The translations under genes were made by a program, and so were the position numbers. Below, piece after piece: positions 1-13,562 of a stretch of DNA of 64,000 bases. Each line of letters starts with the position of its first letter. Position 1 is the stretch's first letter. A model generated the notes under the pieces. That model worked only from the letters and a program-made list of their open reading frames with translations. It ran no database searches and was not told the origin of the DNA. The stretch spans positions 11,966,001-12,030,000 of the forward strand of contig JBHGNT010000007.1 of NCBI GenBank assembly GCA_043228905.1. The letters run 5' to 3'. Source of the DNA: Azolla caroliniana. Lineage: Eukaryota > Plantae > Polypodiophyta.

Positions 1-1381
1 AGGGGACAAAACCATGAAGGAATTCTTCCGCTCCAAAGGCCCGAGGCCCGCTAGAATAGTGATGCATAGCCTCAACCGAGAGGATGGAACGACCACTAAG
101 GATGGTGACGAAATGAGGAATATTGCCACAAGTTACTATAACCGCCTACTTACCAAAGATACTATGGCTACAGGGGAAGACATAAGAGAAGATATTATCC
201 TCCAAAGCATACCCGAGAAAGTCATTCCGGAAATGAATACATGGCTCGTGCGTCCCCTATCAATCATCGAGATATGGGAGGCCCTCTCGGATCTGGATGC
301 CGATAGTTGCCCTGGAATCGACGGCCTCACCCCGCACTTTTTCACATGCCTTTGGGACACTATTAAAGAAGACCTCCTCCAGGCATATGAGGAGATCATC
401 ACCTCTGGAAGCATGCCGGAGAAATTTGGCCAGGGGATGATACATCTCATTCCTAAAAGTGGTGGGAGTGCCAACGACATTAGCAAGTGTCGGCCCATTA
501 CTCTTCTCAATACTGTCTATAAGTTGCTCGCAAAAATTGTGGCACGCCGTTTAACACCACTTCTACCTCAACTCATTCATCCGTCCTAGACAGGGTTCGT
601 TAGAAATCGGAGCATCCTAGAGACATGGATCAAAGGCATTGCAGGACTTTATAGGAACGACAACAGTTGCGTTTCACTGGCAGGTGAAAGGGGCCCCTTT
701 TTCCGAATATTCCGACCTGTACAATAGGGATGTCCACTAGCTCCATCCTTATTTCTATTATACGCTGAAGCATTCTCTTGCTTTCTCAACTCACGGCATC
801 TCAACCTACGCGGTCTTCCTGTACCTCATTCTCACCATAGCATCTTGGATATAGAATTTGCAGATGACACAATGGTCTACCTGCAAGGGGACTTGGAAAA
901 CCTCCAAAAGCTAGAAAGTGGGTTAGTCGTATTTTGCAAGAGATCCAATGCCATGATCAATTGGCACAAATCCTGCACAATATGACTTTCTCATGAAACA
1001 CATCCAGCGTGGCACCCACATCCCGCTTTCAAATGGATCAATCAAGGAGCGAGCACCAAATATTTGGGCTTCCAAATTGGTTTCAACATACCGCCAGAGA
1101 CTATGATTGCACCCGTTATCCATTCATTCCATTCGACAAAAGCTGATACATGGGAGTTCAAAAAAACTGTCGCTAGCAGGTCACATCATAGTGGCAAACC
1201 TGGTAATACTCGCAATAGCATGGTACAGTCTATCTTGCTGGACAATCTCCAAGGAAAGTATACATAAGATTCAACGACTAGTCCACAACTACATTTGGTT
1301 TGGTAAGGAAGACCATGTAACTCGCGCCAAGGTGGCGTGGCCTATACTCACAGCGCCTAAGTCGAGAGGGGGATTGGGTCT
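1..1381 (+). mobile_element. Degenerate L1-like LINE ORF2 (reverse transcriptase) fragment
   Basis: ORF 14-589 has CPGIDGLT..FF, LIPK, RPITLLNTVYKLLAK. Downstream are EFADD, KYLG and AKVAW...RGGLGL, broken by stops and frameshifts. Cut by an LTR at 1382. Confidence 0.88.
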
Positions 1382-1776
1382 TGTAAAGAATCAGATATGA
1401 TTCTTGTGTAGCGGAATAGGTGAGAGATGTATGTTATGTGAGTGAGTGAGTGAGAGAGAGTGAGAGAGAGACAAGGAGTAAAACACAGAGAATACGCAAG
1501 GTTAAGTATATTAACAAAGGAGAAAGACTCAACATAATACAAGGTGGGAAGAGGGTGCTTTATATAGTCACCCTCTCTCTTCATTAACTACACGACTCAT
1601 GGAGCATGGGGAATGTGAAAGATCATAAGTTATGTGTCATAGAATATGATTCTATGACTCATACTAAATGCTAGAATACAAAGATGTGAGATAATGGTGA
1701 CTCTTGACCGTTGGAGTGTCTATTCACTCTCAAGGTGAGTTCACACACTATACCAAGTTGAGCTTGATTCTCAACA
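1382..1776 (-). repeat. 3' LTR of Copia family A
   Basis: TG...CA termini next to the PPT; similar to LTR 20281-20731. Confidence 0.88.
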
Positions 1777-2040
1777 CGCCCCCTCAAGCTCAAGTCGGGT
1801 CGGTTTCAGACGGTATCCAAAATCTGCTTCGACTCGCGTTCCGGAGTCCGCGTCGACTCACATTTATGTGGAGTTGCGGAATCCGTGCTCCAGCTTGCGT
1901 TGTGCGTAGTTGCGAAGTCTGTGCTTCGGCTTGCGTCTTTCTTCGCGGCTTTGCGCGGTAGATCGGCTCTTCGCGGCTTTGTTGCGCAGTTGCGGAATCC
2001 ACGCTTCGTGGCTTCGTTGCGCGGTTGCGGAATCCTCACA

Positions 2041-4137
2041 TTATTGCGTAGTGTCTTCAGTACTCCCCCTCAAGCTTGGCAAGTCAGGGGTCATCAATCC
2101 GAGGTCAGTCATGAATTGCCATAGCTTGTCGGCTCCTAAGGCTTTAGTGAAGATGTTGGTAGTTTGAAGATTGGTGCTAATGTGTTGTAGGTCGACATCG
2201 CTAGTTAGAACGCGCTCTCGGATGAAGTGATAGTGCACTTCAATGTGCTTTGTCTGTGCGTGGAACACCGGGTTCCAAGCCAGATAGATACTGCTCATGT
2301 TGTCGCAATAAAGGGAAGTCAGATCCTTGATGGGTACGCCCAGATCCTTGAGTATCCTTTTGAGCCATACAACTTCACATGCGGCCACTGCCGCGCTCCT
2401 ATATTCCGCCTCTGTGCTCGAAAGAGCGACGGTTGGTTGCTTTTTGCTGCCCCAGGATATTGTTCCGCTGTCGAGGGAGAAAACAAATCCGGAGGTTGAT
2501 CTTCTATCGGCTTTGTAGCCGGTCCAATCGGCGTCTGTGTACCCCTCGAGTCGTATTGGCATCGCGGTCTTGTAGAGGATGCCACAGTCCATTGTGCCAC
2601 TCACATATCGTAGAACTCTCTTAGCACAATCCAAGTGAGTATCATGCAGTGTTTGCATGAATTGACTAAGGAGACCGACCGGATAACTGAGATCGGGTCG
2701 AGTGATAGTGAGGTAGATGAGACTCCCGATGAGTTGCCGATACTGAGTCGGTTCACACGCTTTGGTGCCGGAGTTCACATCTAGTTTGAGATTGCGATCT
2801 AGCGGGGTTGCTGCGGATTTGCACTCAGCCATCCTGAACTTGTATAACAAGTTGAGGATGTAGTGCCGTTGAGAGATCATGATTCCGGCCGGAGTCCGAA
2901 TTACCTCGATGCCGAGGAAGTAGTGGAGCTCCTTCATGTTTGTCATCTCGAACTTGTCGGAAAGGAGGGATTTGAATTTATAGATTTCGACGAGATGCTC
3001 ACCTCCAATGACTAGGTCATCCACATATAAGATGATGACGATCGGACTTGCGGAATTGTTTCGTATGTAGAGGGAGTTGTCCGATTTTGACATACAGAAG
3101 CTGATTTGATGAAGATAATGCGTTATCTTCGAATGCCAAGCACACGGTGCTTGCTTGAGGCCGTAGAGTGGCTTCTTGAGTCGGCACACAACTTTTGGAT
3201 GAATGCGTGATTCGAAGCCGGGAGGTTGTACCATGTACACCTCCTCTTCTAATTCTCCTTGAAGAAAGGCGTTCTTGATGTCCATTTGGTGGAGGTGCCA
3301 CCCTTTTGCCGCTGTGAGTGCAATTATGGTCCACACCGTCGTTATCTTTGCCACCAGGGCAAAGGTCTCTTCGTACTCAACTCCGCGTGTTTGTGCGTAG
3401 CCTTTCGCTACGAGTCGCGCTTTGTAGCGGTTGATGGAACCGTCGGCATTGTACTTCACTTTGTAAATCCATATGCATCCTATCGCCTTTTTGTGTGGTG
3501 AGGTGGGAACGAGATCCCACGTCTCGTTCTTGTGTAGTGCTTGCATCTCCTCGTTCATAGCTTCGATCCATCGCGGATCCTTGGCTGCTTCGGAAAATGT
3601 TTCCGGCTCGCGTACCATCGCCACCTTCATCATAAAGGCATAGTGATATGCCATGTAGTCATTGTAGCCGAATCGGCTGACTGGATTCTTTTCATGGGTG
3701 GAGCGACAGAGCTTTTCATTTGCAGAGATGAGGGCTTTCTTAGCTCCGATTGGTACATCGAAGCCGTCGAACTCACTGTCGAGTGAGTGAGTCAACTCAT
3801 TGTCGTCGAAGTGATTGTCTGCATATTCCACCATTTTTGCCTTGCCTTTGTCCATCTTCGGGCTAGGCCGTGATGTGCTTTGATCGCTCAAAGGCTCTTG
3901 TGGTCCTCTTAGTCGGGTTGTGATCGGAATTTCTTCGAACATGCACATAAGGCGATCTTCATCCTTTATCTCTTGTTCGGTGGATTCTGGGTCAAGTGGA
4001 GTCAGAGTCGAAGTTGTCTTTGATGCGTACCAGGATGCGGACTTGTCAAAAACGACGTCTCGACTTGAGATTTTCGAGTTGAGGGGTTGTAGCACTTGTA
4101 CCCTTTTTGCTCCAATGAGTATCCTACGAGGATACAT
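2041..4137 (-). pseudogene. Copia pol: integrase C-terminal linker, RT and RNase H
   Basis: 698-aa ORF with YKARLVAKGY, QMDIKNAFLQG, LYGLKQAP, YVDD, YTDADW, CDN and TKHIEVHYHFIRE. Upstream part is frameshifted. Confidence 0.92.
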
Positions 4138-6115
4138 CTCTCCGACTTTGGGTCAAGCTTTTGACACTTCTCGTCAGGGATGTGCACGTACGCTATTGCG
4201 CCGAATATCCGGATGTGCAATAAGTCCGGCTTCTTTTCGAAGTATTTTTCGTGTGGAGTGACCTCGTGCACGCCGGATGTTGTGCACCGGTTCATTAGGT
4301 AGACGACCGTATTTGCAGCTTCGGCCCAATATGACTTGGGCATATGCTTCTTGTTCATCATGGCCCGTGTTACTTTGAGGATGTGCCGATTTTTGCGCTC
4401 GGCTACTCCGTTTTGTTGTGGAGTGTGTCGGCAAGTGAATTCTCGCCGAATTCCTTCCTTTCGGAGATACGGGGTGAAATCGTCCAAGAAGTACTCTTTG
4501 CTGCCATTCGATCAAAGACATCGTACATGTCGGCCCGTGGCTTTCTCGACTTCATTCTTGAATTTTTGGAAGTGTCCGATTTTGCTGCATCGGGTAGATC
4601 CAAGTGTGCCTGGAGAAGTCGTCGATGAAGAGCACGTAATATCGGCATCCGCTGAATGTAGCCGTCTGCGCCGGTCCCTATTTGTCAGAATGGACTACGT
4701 CGAGTAGACCTTTGCTCACGTTCCGCTCTTTCGGGAATGGGTGTCGATTTTGCTTGCCGAATTGACACGCTTCACATACGCCTTCAATCTCCTTCTCTTT
4801 AAATGTCAGGAGTCCGATGACGACTCCTTTCGATTTCATTGCTTTGAGTTTGTTGAGATTGATTTGGCCGATTTGCTTGTGCCATAGCTCTATGTCGGAG
4901 TTGGCTTTCATGCTTTTTGCGAACATGGCGGATTTCATCTTGTGTGAATCGAGAATGAACATCCGGCCCTCTCTTCTTCCGTGCGCGATGATTCGGCCCT
5001 CTTTTTCGATGAAGCACCCTTCTTGGTCGAATCGTACTTGCATCCCTTGCTCAACCATTTGGCCGACCGAGACCAAATTCTTCGTGATGGTGGGAACATG
5101 TATGTTTGCCAAACGGAACATTGCCGATGTGCCGAATCGAGTGCGTAGTGTCATCTCTGGTTTCAACATAACCGGGTCACTCTGGCTCTCGAAGTTCGAG
5201 AAACCATTCTTTATGAGATGTTATATGGTTTGAGGCTCCGGAGTCAACAAACCATACGTCCTCCGGATTGAGGGCACTAGTTGAGGTAGAGGCCGACATA
5301 GAGTTTGCTCTATGTTTCATCATGAACATTCCGCCACGGTCGGAGTTGTGTGCGTACATTCCGCCACGATCTTCGTAGTCGGAGTTGTGCCTGTACATTC
5401 TGCTATACTCTTCGTAGTTGGAATTGTGCGCGTAATTCGTGAGTTGTCGGCTTGTGGAAGCCGATTCGCACATCTTCTTTCAACACTCTTCTTCGTGGTG
5501 GCCGAGCTTTCCGCAATATCCGCATTCGGTTGCGTTTTGACGGCTCGGGCCGGAGTGAAAGCTCCCCCTTCTTGCGAAGGTTCCTCATTGGCTTCCGTTT
5601 TGTGGCCGAAATTGGGAGTTGTTGTCGTAGGTCGGACCTCATCCGCCTTGTCCTTGGCCGAATCGGCCTCTCGCTCGTCCGCATCCTCTTCCTTCGTTCG
5701 AGTGCGTGTAAAGCATGTGGCCTTCCGACTCGTTGCTCCTTGTACACACATGGTTTTCTTAGACCAATAGCATTGATTGGAGCTCGAAGAAGGAGGGAGA
5801 TTTCTTCCTTGCTAGAACGGCAGTTCGTATTGCGCCGAACCGTGGTGCGAGGCCACCAAGGCATATTTGCACCATCTCATCATCGCCAATACTTACGCTT
5901 ATCAAGCCGAGCGAGTCGCAAAGCTCCTTAATCTTCAAGGTGTATGTCGTGATGGACATATCCCTTTGTTGAATGTTGTTCAACTCTTGGCGGAGTTGAA
6001 GCCTTCTTGCGGTTGTGTTCGCCGTGAAAATCTTTCGTAGATTTTCCCATGCCTCCTTCGGCGTCTTGGCTTCGCGAATGTAGCCGAGCATGTGATCTTG
6101 AACACATGTCGCCAA
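4002..6115 (-). pseudogene. Copia gag-protease-integrase, disrupted
   Basis: Fragments: gag (KTPKEAWENL), protease WFVDSGASNH, GAG-pre/HHCC (WHKQIG..CEAC), integrase TPQQNGVAERKNR. Confidence 0.9.
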
Positions 6116-6306
6116 GCAATATACCTTGGGAATAGTAAAGGTATTTACTTCTCTTTGAATATATAAATTTGGTTCTTATTGATTCAGTCTTTTGAGCTTG
6201 GTTTTACCAAGTAGAGTGTAGTGCCACAATGGAGATGACTATTTGAATATGTAAATTGACTTGCAAACTTTGCACACGTAAACTCAATGTTCCGAATCTT
6301 TGAAAT

Positions 6307-9300
6307 TGTTAAGAGTCTATTATTAATCAATAGACCAATAAAGTAAAATAAATTGGATAGAAGAACTTGTTCCACCCAACCACCCCGAACTATGATCAAG
6401 ACATAGCCAACCTACCACCTACGTCCCACATTGTTGTCGTGGAGGATTCCGGCAAAGTGGAGAAAAGCTTGTCGACTGTGTGTGAATAGGTGTGTGTACA
6501 GATGCACATAAAAAGAGTCCTTGTATAAACAAATGCAAATAAGTAGAGTATAATAAGTACAAGACATTGTGATTTAAATAGGCACTTTATTATCCCACAA
6601 AAAGAGGGCAATTTAATAGAAGAACTTGATCCACACAACCACCCGAGCTATGATGAAGGAGGGGAAGAAGACCGTTATAAGAATCCATCATTTTGGAAGG
6701 GAGGGTGCTGCTAGTTTGCATGTGGAGTGTTTTGATTTTTTTATGTGTGCATTATGTGAGGGAAGGTGAGGCCTCTGCTCGCTTAGGAAGCTCGTGTGCT
6801 CCCGACTAGAGGCTCATCAATTTTGTGCGTGTGTCTGTAGAGCTCGAAGTTCCATCCCTACCCGAGGCCGCTAGTATTCCTGTCTGTCTTTGATACAGTA
6901 GTTGAATATTTTGGCATTGCTATATCTGGGTATTTTCCCTCTGTGTCCTCTGCCTTAGTCTCTCTGTGTAGCAATTGGATAGAAGAACCTGTTCCACACA
7001 ACCACCCCAAGCTATGATCAAGACACAACCAACCTACCACCTATGTCCCATACCGTTGTCATGGAGGATTCTGGCAATGGGAAGAAAAACTCAGCGACCG
7101 CGTGTGAACGGGGGTGTGCACGTATGCACATCAAAAGAATCTTTGTATAAACAAATGTAAATAAGTAGAGTATATTAAGTATAAGACATTGTGATTTAAA
7201 TAGGTTCGTTATTATCCCACAAAAAGAGGGGAATAATAGGATGTGATGGAAGGAAATCGGGGGAGAGAATCGTTGACAGAAGCGGTTGTCATGAATGGTG
7301 ACGTAACCAACCCTCCTTGGACTATGAAAGGAGGGGAGGAAGAACTTTATAAGAATCCATCGTTATGTAGGGGAAGGTGCTGTCGGCTTGCATGTGGAGT
7401 GTCTTGGTTTTTTGCTGCGTGCATTCGGTGAGGGAAGGTGAGGCCTCTGCTCACATAGGAAGCTTGTGTGCTCCCGACCAGAGGTTCATCAGTTTTGTGC
7501 ATGTGTTTATAGAGCTCGAAGCTCCATGCCGGCCCGAGAGCTCTTGTATTCTTCTCTATCTTTGATACATTAGTTAAATATTCTGGCATTGCTGTATCTG
7601 GGTATTTTCCCTCTGTGTCCTCTCTCTTAGTCTCTCTTTGTAGGAATTGGATAGAAGAACCCGTTCCACACAACCACCCCGAGCTATGATCAAGACATGG
7701 CAAACCGACGAGCTACGTCCCATACCGTTGTTGTGGAGGATTCTGACAAAGTGGAGAAAAGCTTGTCGACTGCGTGTGAACGAGTGTGTGTACAGAGGCA
7801 CATAAAAAGATTCTTTGTATAAACAAATGCAAATACGTAGATTATAATAAGTACAAGACATTGTGATTTAAATAGGTACTTTATTATCCCACAAAAAGAG
7901 GGCAATTGGATAGAAGAACCTGATCCACACAACCAACCCGAGCTATGATCAAGGAGGGGAAGACGACCGTTATAAGAATCCATCATTTTGGAGGGGAAGG
8001 TGCTGCCGGTTTGCATGTGGAGTGTTTTGGTTTTTTGATGTGTGCATTTGGTGAGGGAAGGTGAGTCCTCTGGTCGCATAGGAAGCCCGTGTGCTCCCGA
8101 CCAGAGGCTCATCAGTTTTGTGCGTGTGTCTGAAGAGCTCGAAGCTTCATCCTGGCCCGAGGCCGCTAGTATTCCTCTATGTCCTTGATACAGTAGTTGA
8201 ATATTTTGGCATTGATATATCCAAGTATTTTCCTCTCTGCCCTCTTTCTTGGTCTCTCTTTGTAGCAATTGAATAGATCAAGGACCACCTCGAGCTATGA
8301 TCAAGGAGGGGTGGAAGACCGTTATAAGAATCCATCGTTTTGGAAGGGAGGATACTGCCCGTTTGCATGTGGAGTGTTTTGATTTTTTTATGTGTGCATT
8401 TGGTGAGGGAAGGTGAGGCCTCTGTTCGCATAGGAAGACCGTGTGCTGCCGACCAGAGGCTCATCAGTTTTGTGCGTGTGTCTGAAGAGCTCGAAGCTTC
8501 ATCCTGGCCCGAGGCCGCTAGTATTCCTCTATGTCCTTGATACAGTAGTTGAATATTTTGGCATTGATATATCCAAGTATTTTCCTCTCTGCCCTCTTTC
8601 TTGGTCTCTCTTTGTAGCAATTGAATAGATCAAGGACCACCTCGAGCTATGATCAAGGAGGGGTGGAAGACCGTTATAAGAATCCATCGTTTTGGAAGGG
8701 AGGATACTGCCCGTTTGCATGTGGAGTGTTTTGATTTTTTTATGTGTGCATTTGGTGAGGGAAGGTGAGGCCTCTGTTCGCATAGGAAGACCGTGTGCTG
8801 CCGACCAGAGGCTCATCAGTTTTGTGCGTGTGTCTGTAGAGCTCGAAGCTTCATCCCGATCCGAGGCTACTAGTATTCCTCTCTGCCCTTGATACAATGG
8901 TTGAATATTTTGGCATTGATGTATCCAAGTATTTTCCCTCTGTGTCCTCTTTCTCGGTCTCTCTGTGTAGCAATTGGATAGAAGAACCTGTTCCACACAA
9001 CCACCCCGAGCTATGATCAAGACATAGCCAACCTACCATCTACGTCCCATATTCTTGTCGTGGAGGATTCCGGCAAAGGGGAGAAAAGCTCGCTGACCGC
9101 GTGGGAACAGGGGTGTGCATGTATGCACATAAAAAGAGTGTTTGTATAAACAAATGTAAATAAGTAGAGTATAATAAGTACAAGACATTGTGATTTAAAT
9201 AGGTTCATTATTATCCCACAAAAAGAGGGGAATAATAGGATGTGATGGAAGGAAATCGGGGGAGAGAATCATTGACAGAAGCGATTGTCATGAATGTTGA

Positions 9301-10121
9301 TGTAACCGACCCTCCTCGGACTACAAAAGGAGGGGAGGAAGACCGTTATAAGAATCCATTGTTTTAAGGGGGAAGGTGCTGCCGGTTGCATGTGGAGTGT
9401 CTTGGTTTTTTTGCTGCGTGCATTCGGTGAGGGAAGGTGAGGCCTTTGCTCGTATAGGAAGCTCGCATAGGCCCGGGACTGCTTGTATTCTTCTCTATCT
9501 TTGATACATTAGTTGAATATTTTGGCATTGTTGTATCTGGGTATTTTCCCTCTGTGTCCTCTGTCTTAGTCTCTCTATGTAGCAATTGGATAGAAGAACC
9601 TGTTCCACACAACCACCTTGAGCTATGATCAAGACATAACAAACCTACCACATATGTCTCATACCGTTGTCATGGAGGATTCCGGCAAAAGGGAGAAAAG
9701 CTCGCCGACCGCGTGTGAATGGGGGTGTGCATAGATGCACATAAAAAGAGTCTTTGTATAAACAAATGTAAATAAGTTGAGTATAATAGGTACTTTATTA
9801 TCCCAGAAGAAAAGGTGAATTGGATAGAAGAATCTGTTCCAGACAACCACCCCGAGCTATGATCAAGATATAGCCAACCACCCTAGCTATGATCAAGGAG
9901 GGGAGGAAGACCGTTATAAGCATCCATTGATTTGGAGGGGAAGGTGGTGCCAATTTGCATGTGGAGTGTTTTGGTTTTTTGCTATGTGCATTCGGTGAGG
10001 GAAGGTGAGGCCTCTGCTCGCGTAGGAAGCCCATGTGATCCCGACTAGAGGCTCATTGGTTTTGTGCGTGTGTCTGTAGAGTTTAAAGCTCCGTCTCTGG
10101 CCCAAGGCCGGTTGTATTCTT
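6307..10121. repeat. Complex tandem array (satellite) seeded by a Gypsy LTR end
   Basis: Recurrent modules such as GGATAGAAGAAC..CCGAGCTATGATCAAG and GACCGTTATAAGAATCCATC. Near-identical units at 352-bp offset (ORFs 8091/8443 and 8340/8692). The start matches the reverse complement of the LTR end at about 19527-19663. Confidence 0.85.
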
Positions 10122-11280
10122 TGTTAAGAAGGCGCTACAGCTCTTCTTAGTGTAGTGGCATATCGTGATGTGCAGGATTGTTTAGGCTTCAAAGGAAGAG
10201 AGAAAGGAAGGGGGAAGGAGACTCACGTCTGTAACAACCCAAAAAATGTTCTTTTTCATTACATAGAAAAACCTCTCTCTTCTTCTGACATTACTGTCCT
10301 ACTCACTCTTAGTTCTTTTACCTAAGTATATAAGTGATTTACATATTCAACTAATTGGTTGTGAGTAGCTAATTAGGAACGAGTAGCTAAATAGTTGTGA
10401 ACAGGTAAATAACTATTTTACTTATAACTATAGTAGTTAATTTCCTAATAGCTACTATAGAAGATCTAAGTTACCAATAAGCATCACATGCTTTTGTTGA
10501 ACATGTTTCTTAACCCTCCCCCTCAAGCTCAACTTGTCCATTCTTAAAATAATCTTCAGTCTTCTTTCCTTCATACTTTCCAACTATCATACCAATGCTT
10601 TTAACTCCCATCATGTCCCTGAACCGTGTATTTGTTTCTATGCTTAGTCCCTTCATAAGAATGTTAGCAACTTGTTGATTTGTACTTACATACAACAGAT
10701 CCACTTCTCTAACAAAGTGAAAATGCACTTTAATGTGCTTTGTTCTTGCATGGAACACTAGGTTTTTTGCGAGCTAAATACTGCTCATATTGTGACACCA
10801 AATTGTGCTTGCACCATCTATATACTCTCCCAAATAAGCAAAAAATTTTTTGATCCAAACTTCTTCATAAGTAGCTATTGCAACTCCTCTATATTCAGCT
10901 TCAATACTTGATAATGCGACAATAGCTTGTTTCTTGCTACTCCATGAAATAACTGCACTTCCCAATGTAAACATATATCCACTCGTGGATCTTCTATTAG
11001 TTTTGCTTCCAACCCAATTAACATTTGTATATCCTTCTAACTTTATGTCCACATCAGCCCTGTAAAATTGTTCATAGTTTTTAGTAGCTTTTACATACCT
11101 CAAAATTCTTCTAATACCGTTGGCAATTGCATAAACTGGCTGGCTAATCCAACTGCATAACTTAAATCAAGTCTTGTTATAGTCAAGTATATGAGGCTAC
11201 CCACCATAGACCTGTACATGTTCACATCTGCAATTTCTACTCCCAAATCAGCCCTAAATTTGCAGTTCTTATCCAACGAA
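10122..11280 (-). mobile_element. Copia family C fragment (RT end, RNase H, PPT, decayed 3' LTR about 10122-10515)
   Basis: Peptides RYVKATKNY, RRSTSGY and FHARTKHI closely match the pol at 34517-37609. The LTR resembles 32559-33123. Confidence 0.85.
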
Positions 11281-12027
11281 TACTGAAGCTACGTGGAAGG
11301 AGCGAATGTAGCAGCGCCGGATTCGGCACACAAGGGCTTCCCGGCATGGGAGGAAGGATCGAGCAGAGTGCTGTATTGCATTGCGTCCTATGTGCACGAC
11401 CAGATGGTCGGCTACATCAGGGATGCAAAAACGCCGAAAGAGGCATGGGAAAATCTCCGGAAGATTTTCTTCGCAAGTACGACGGCTCAAAAGTTGGAGC
11501 TCCGACAAGAGCTCAACAGTATCCGACAATGGGACATGTCGGTCATCGATTACACCATCAAGATAAAGGATATATGTGACGTGCTCGGCTCCATCAATGT
11601 GATGGTGCACGAAGATGAGATGGTCCAGATCTGCCTCGGTGGTCTAGCACAACTGTACAGGCCAATCTAGACGGCAGTTTGCACCTATGAGAAACCACCG
11701 TCCTTCTTCGACCTGCAATTGATGCTGATGGTCGAAGAAAACCACGCGAGTGGGTCGAGGACCACTCAATCAGAAAACCGGATGTTGTACACGAAGGCAG
11801 ATCGGCCCCGTGAATGTGGAGGATGAGGTGGGTTGGCACGCAATAGCGGTGGCTAGCAAGAGCAGAATCAGAGACACGGAGATAGTGCCGACAACAGTTC
11901 CAGACCCTCCACAAGCAGGGGGAGTCAAGGTGGAGCCGGAAACCGGCAATCGAAAGCCGGCATGGAATGCTGGTATTGTGGCAAGAAAGGCCACTGGGAG
12001 AGCGAGTGCTGGAAGAAGCGAGCTATT
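11281..12027 (+). pseudogene. Copia gag fragment with zinc knuckle
   Basis: ORF 11293-11670 (KTPKEAWENL, EMVQICLGGL) followed by CWYCGKKGHWESEC. Confidence 0.82.
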
Positions 12028-12599
12028 GTGATGTGGCGTGTCCAATGGGAGAAATTGTGAAATCGTGTGGTTCCACGCACATTACACAAACGATTTTAAA
12101 CATGAAAATTAGCCTAGGGTCTAGTGGCATTCAAGTGCATATAGAGGGGTACAAGCAAGATTTCAACCTTGCACCTCCAAGATAGAAGACATTTATCTTA
12201 CCATTAGGGCTACTACCAAGTACTTTACATACATATATTTTTCATATTCCAAAGGCATAGCAAACAACCGTACAAAACCGTGTGCACAAAACCATGGTTT
12301 TGTGCATGCCACAAGAAAAACTGTGTGCCCAAAAACTATGGGTCCAAGCCCATGGTTTTGTGCACGTTAGAAGCATGGATAGACCTATAAAAACCGTTGC
12401 AAGGCTAGTGTAACGGGGGGCTCAATATGTGATATCATTATCATCACCATTTGTCACATGACGACAAGATTTGAACTCTTGACCTCTTGTATATGGTCAA
12501 GTGTTGTGTTCTAACCAACACATCCAAATATATGGTCATGTTATGTATATCTTAGTACATTATTAGTAGATTATCTATTTCAAGTTCTAGGAGTTTTTA

Positions 12600-12686
12600 G
12601 AAAGTTCTAGAATGAGAAGGTTCTAGAGGGTTCTAGAATATTCTCCGGAATATTCTAATGCATGTACTTCGAATCACAGTATAAAT
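12600..12686 (+). promoter_or_regulatory. Heat-shock-element-like nGAAn arrays plus TATA box in the LTR U3
   Basis: GAAagTTCtaGAA at 12600-12612, TTCtaGAAtaTTC at 12631-12643, TATAAAT at 12680. Repeated in the 3' LTR. Confidence 0.6.
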
Positions 12687-13562
12687 ACTTGTAACCTCCT
12701 TGGTCCCTTTCAAGGGATTCAACATTAGTCATTGACACATCAATATAGTGTTCTCGTTTCACCCCATCTTGTCTCCTTGACTTCTATCTCTTTCTTCCTC
12801 GTCACTTCTAGCTCAAGTTCACAACCTGTTGCTCATAGTCCCATCATCCGTGCTCCGTCCTAGTCTGCACTTGGTGTGTTTGTGACAGTTTGAATCCCTT
12901 CAAACTAGAAGCATTACCCATCTTCATCATTGCCCTTGCTTCTAGAGTTACCATTGTCACTGTCATTGGTTCTAGCGTTACCATCATCAACATCCCTTCG
13001 TTTTCTCTCTTCCTCGCTATCTCTATCTCTTAGTTTCTTTTCGTCATCGTCTTTGTCTTTTCTCTCCTAGTTTCTTCTCATCTCTATCTCCTAGTTTTTT
13101 CTCATCCTTCACTTCTCTATCTCCTAGTTTCTTCTCACCATCATCTCTATCTCTGCACTTCTTATCATCTTCCACATCCCTATCTTGCATTTTTTGTCAT
13201 TGTTATCCTTGTCCTTGTGCTTCCTACCGCTTTCATCTCTATCTATGTGTTTCTTATTATCTTTGTCACTTTCCTTGCATTTCCTATCACCTTCATCCCT
13301 ATCTTTGTGTTTTCTATCATCCTTTGTATATGTGTCTTTGTGTTTCTTCAGAACCTCAACATCTCGATCTCTATGTTTCTTATCCTCTTCATCTCTTTCT
13401 CCGCTTCCATCATTGCCATAGTCAAAGTCATTGCTTCCAAAGTTGCTTCGTCAACATCATTGCCTTCATTGCTTCATGTTCGACATCATCATCTTCAACC
13501 CTCTTGTTGTCATCATCAACACTACTTTGCCTAGCCGTCATTGTTGTCAAGTGTTCCAGTTC

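Larger units (their letters stand above)
1382..6120 (-). mobile_element. Ty1/Copia LTR retrotransposon (family A), 5'-truncated
   Basis: Order gag-PR-GAGpre-IN-RT-RH on the minus strand, PPT at 1777-1794, 3' LTR at 1382-1776. 5' LTR missing. Confidence 0.93.

Noticed and set aside
8061-8125. Hammerhead ribozyme/retrozyme in the satellite (minus strand CTGATGAG followed by a stem)
   Set aside because: The stem is followed by CTCA, not the required GAAA, and no stem I/III or cleavage triplet is evident.
6396-10105. Many 60-190 aa ORFs in the satellite
   Set aside because: They are repeat translations with no recognisable domain and inconsistent frames between units.
12028-12451. CACTA-like element end (TAGTG with AAAACCGTG/CATGGTTTT repeats)
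   Set aside because: No matching CACTA terminus or 3-bp TSD could be identified.
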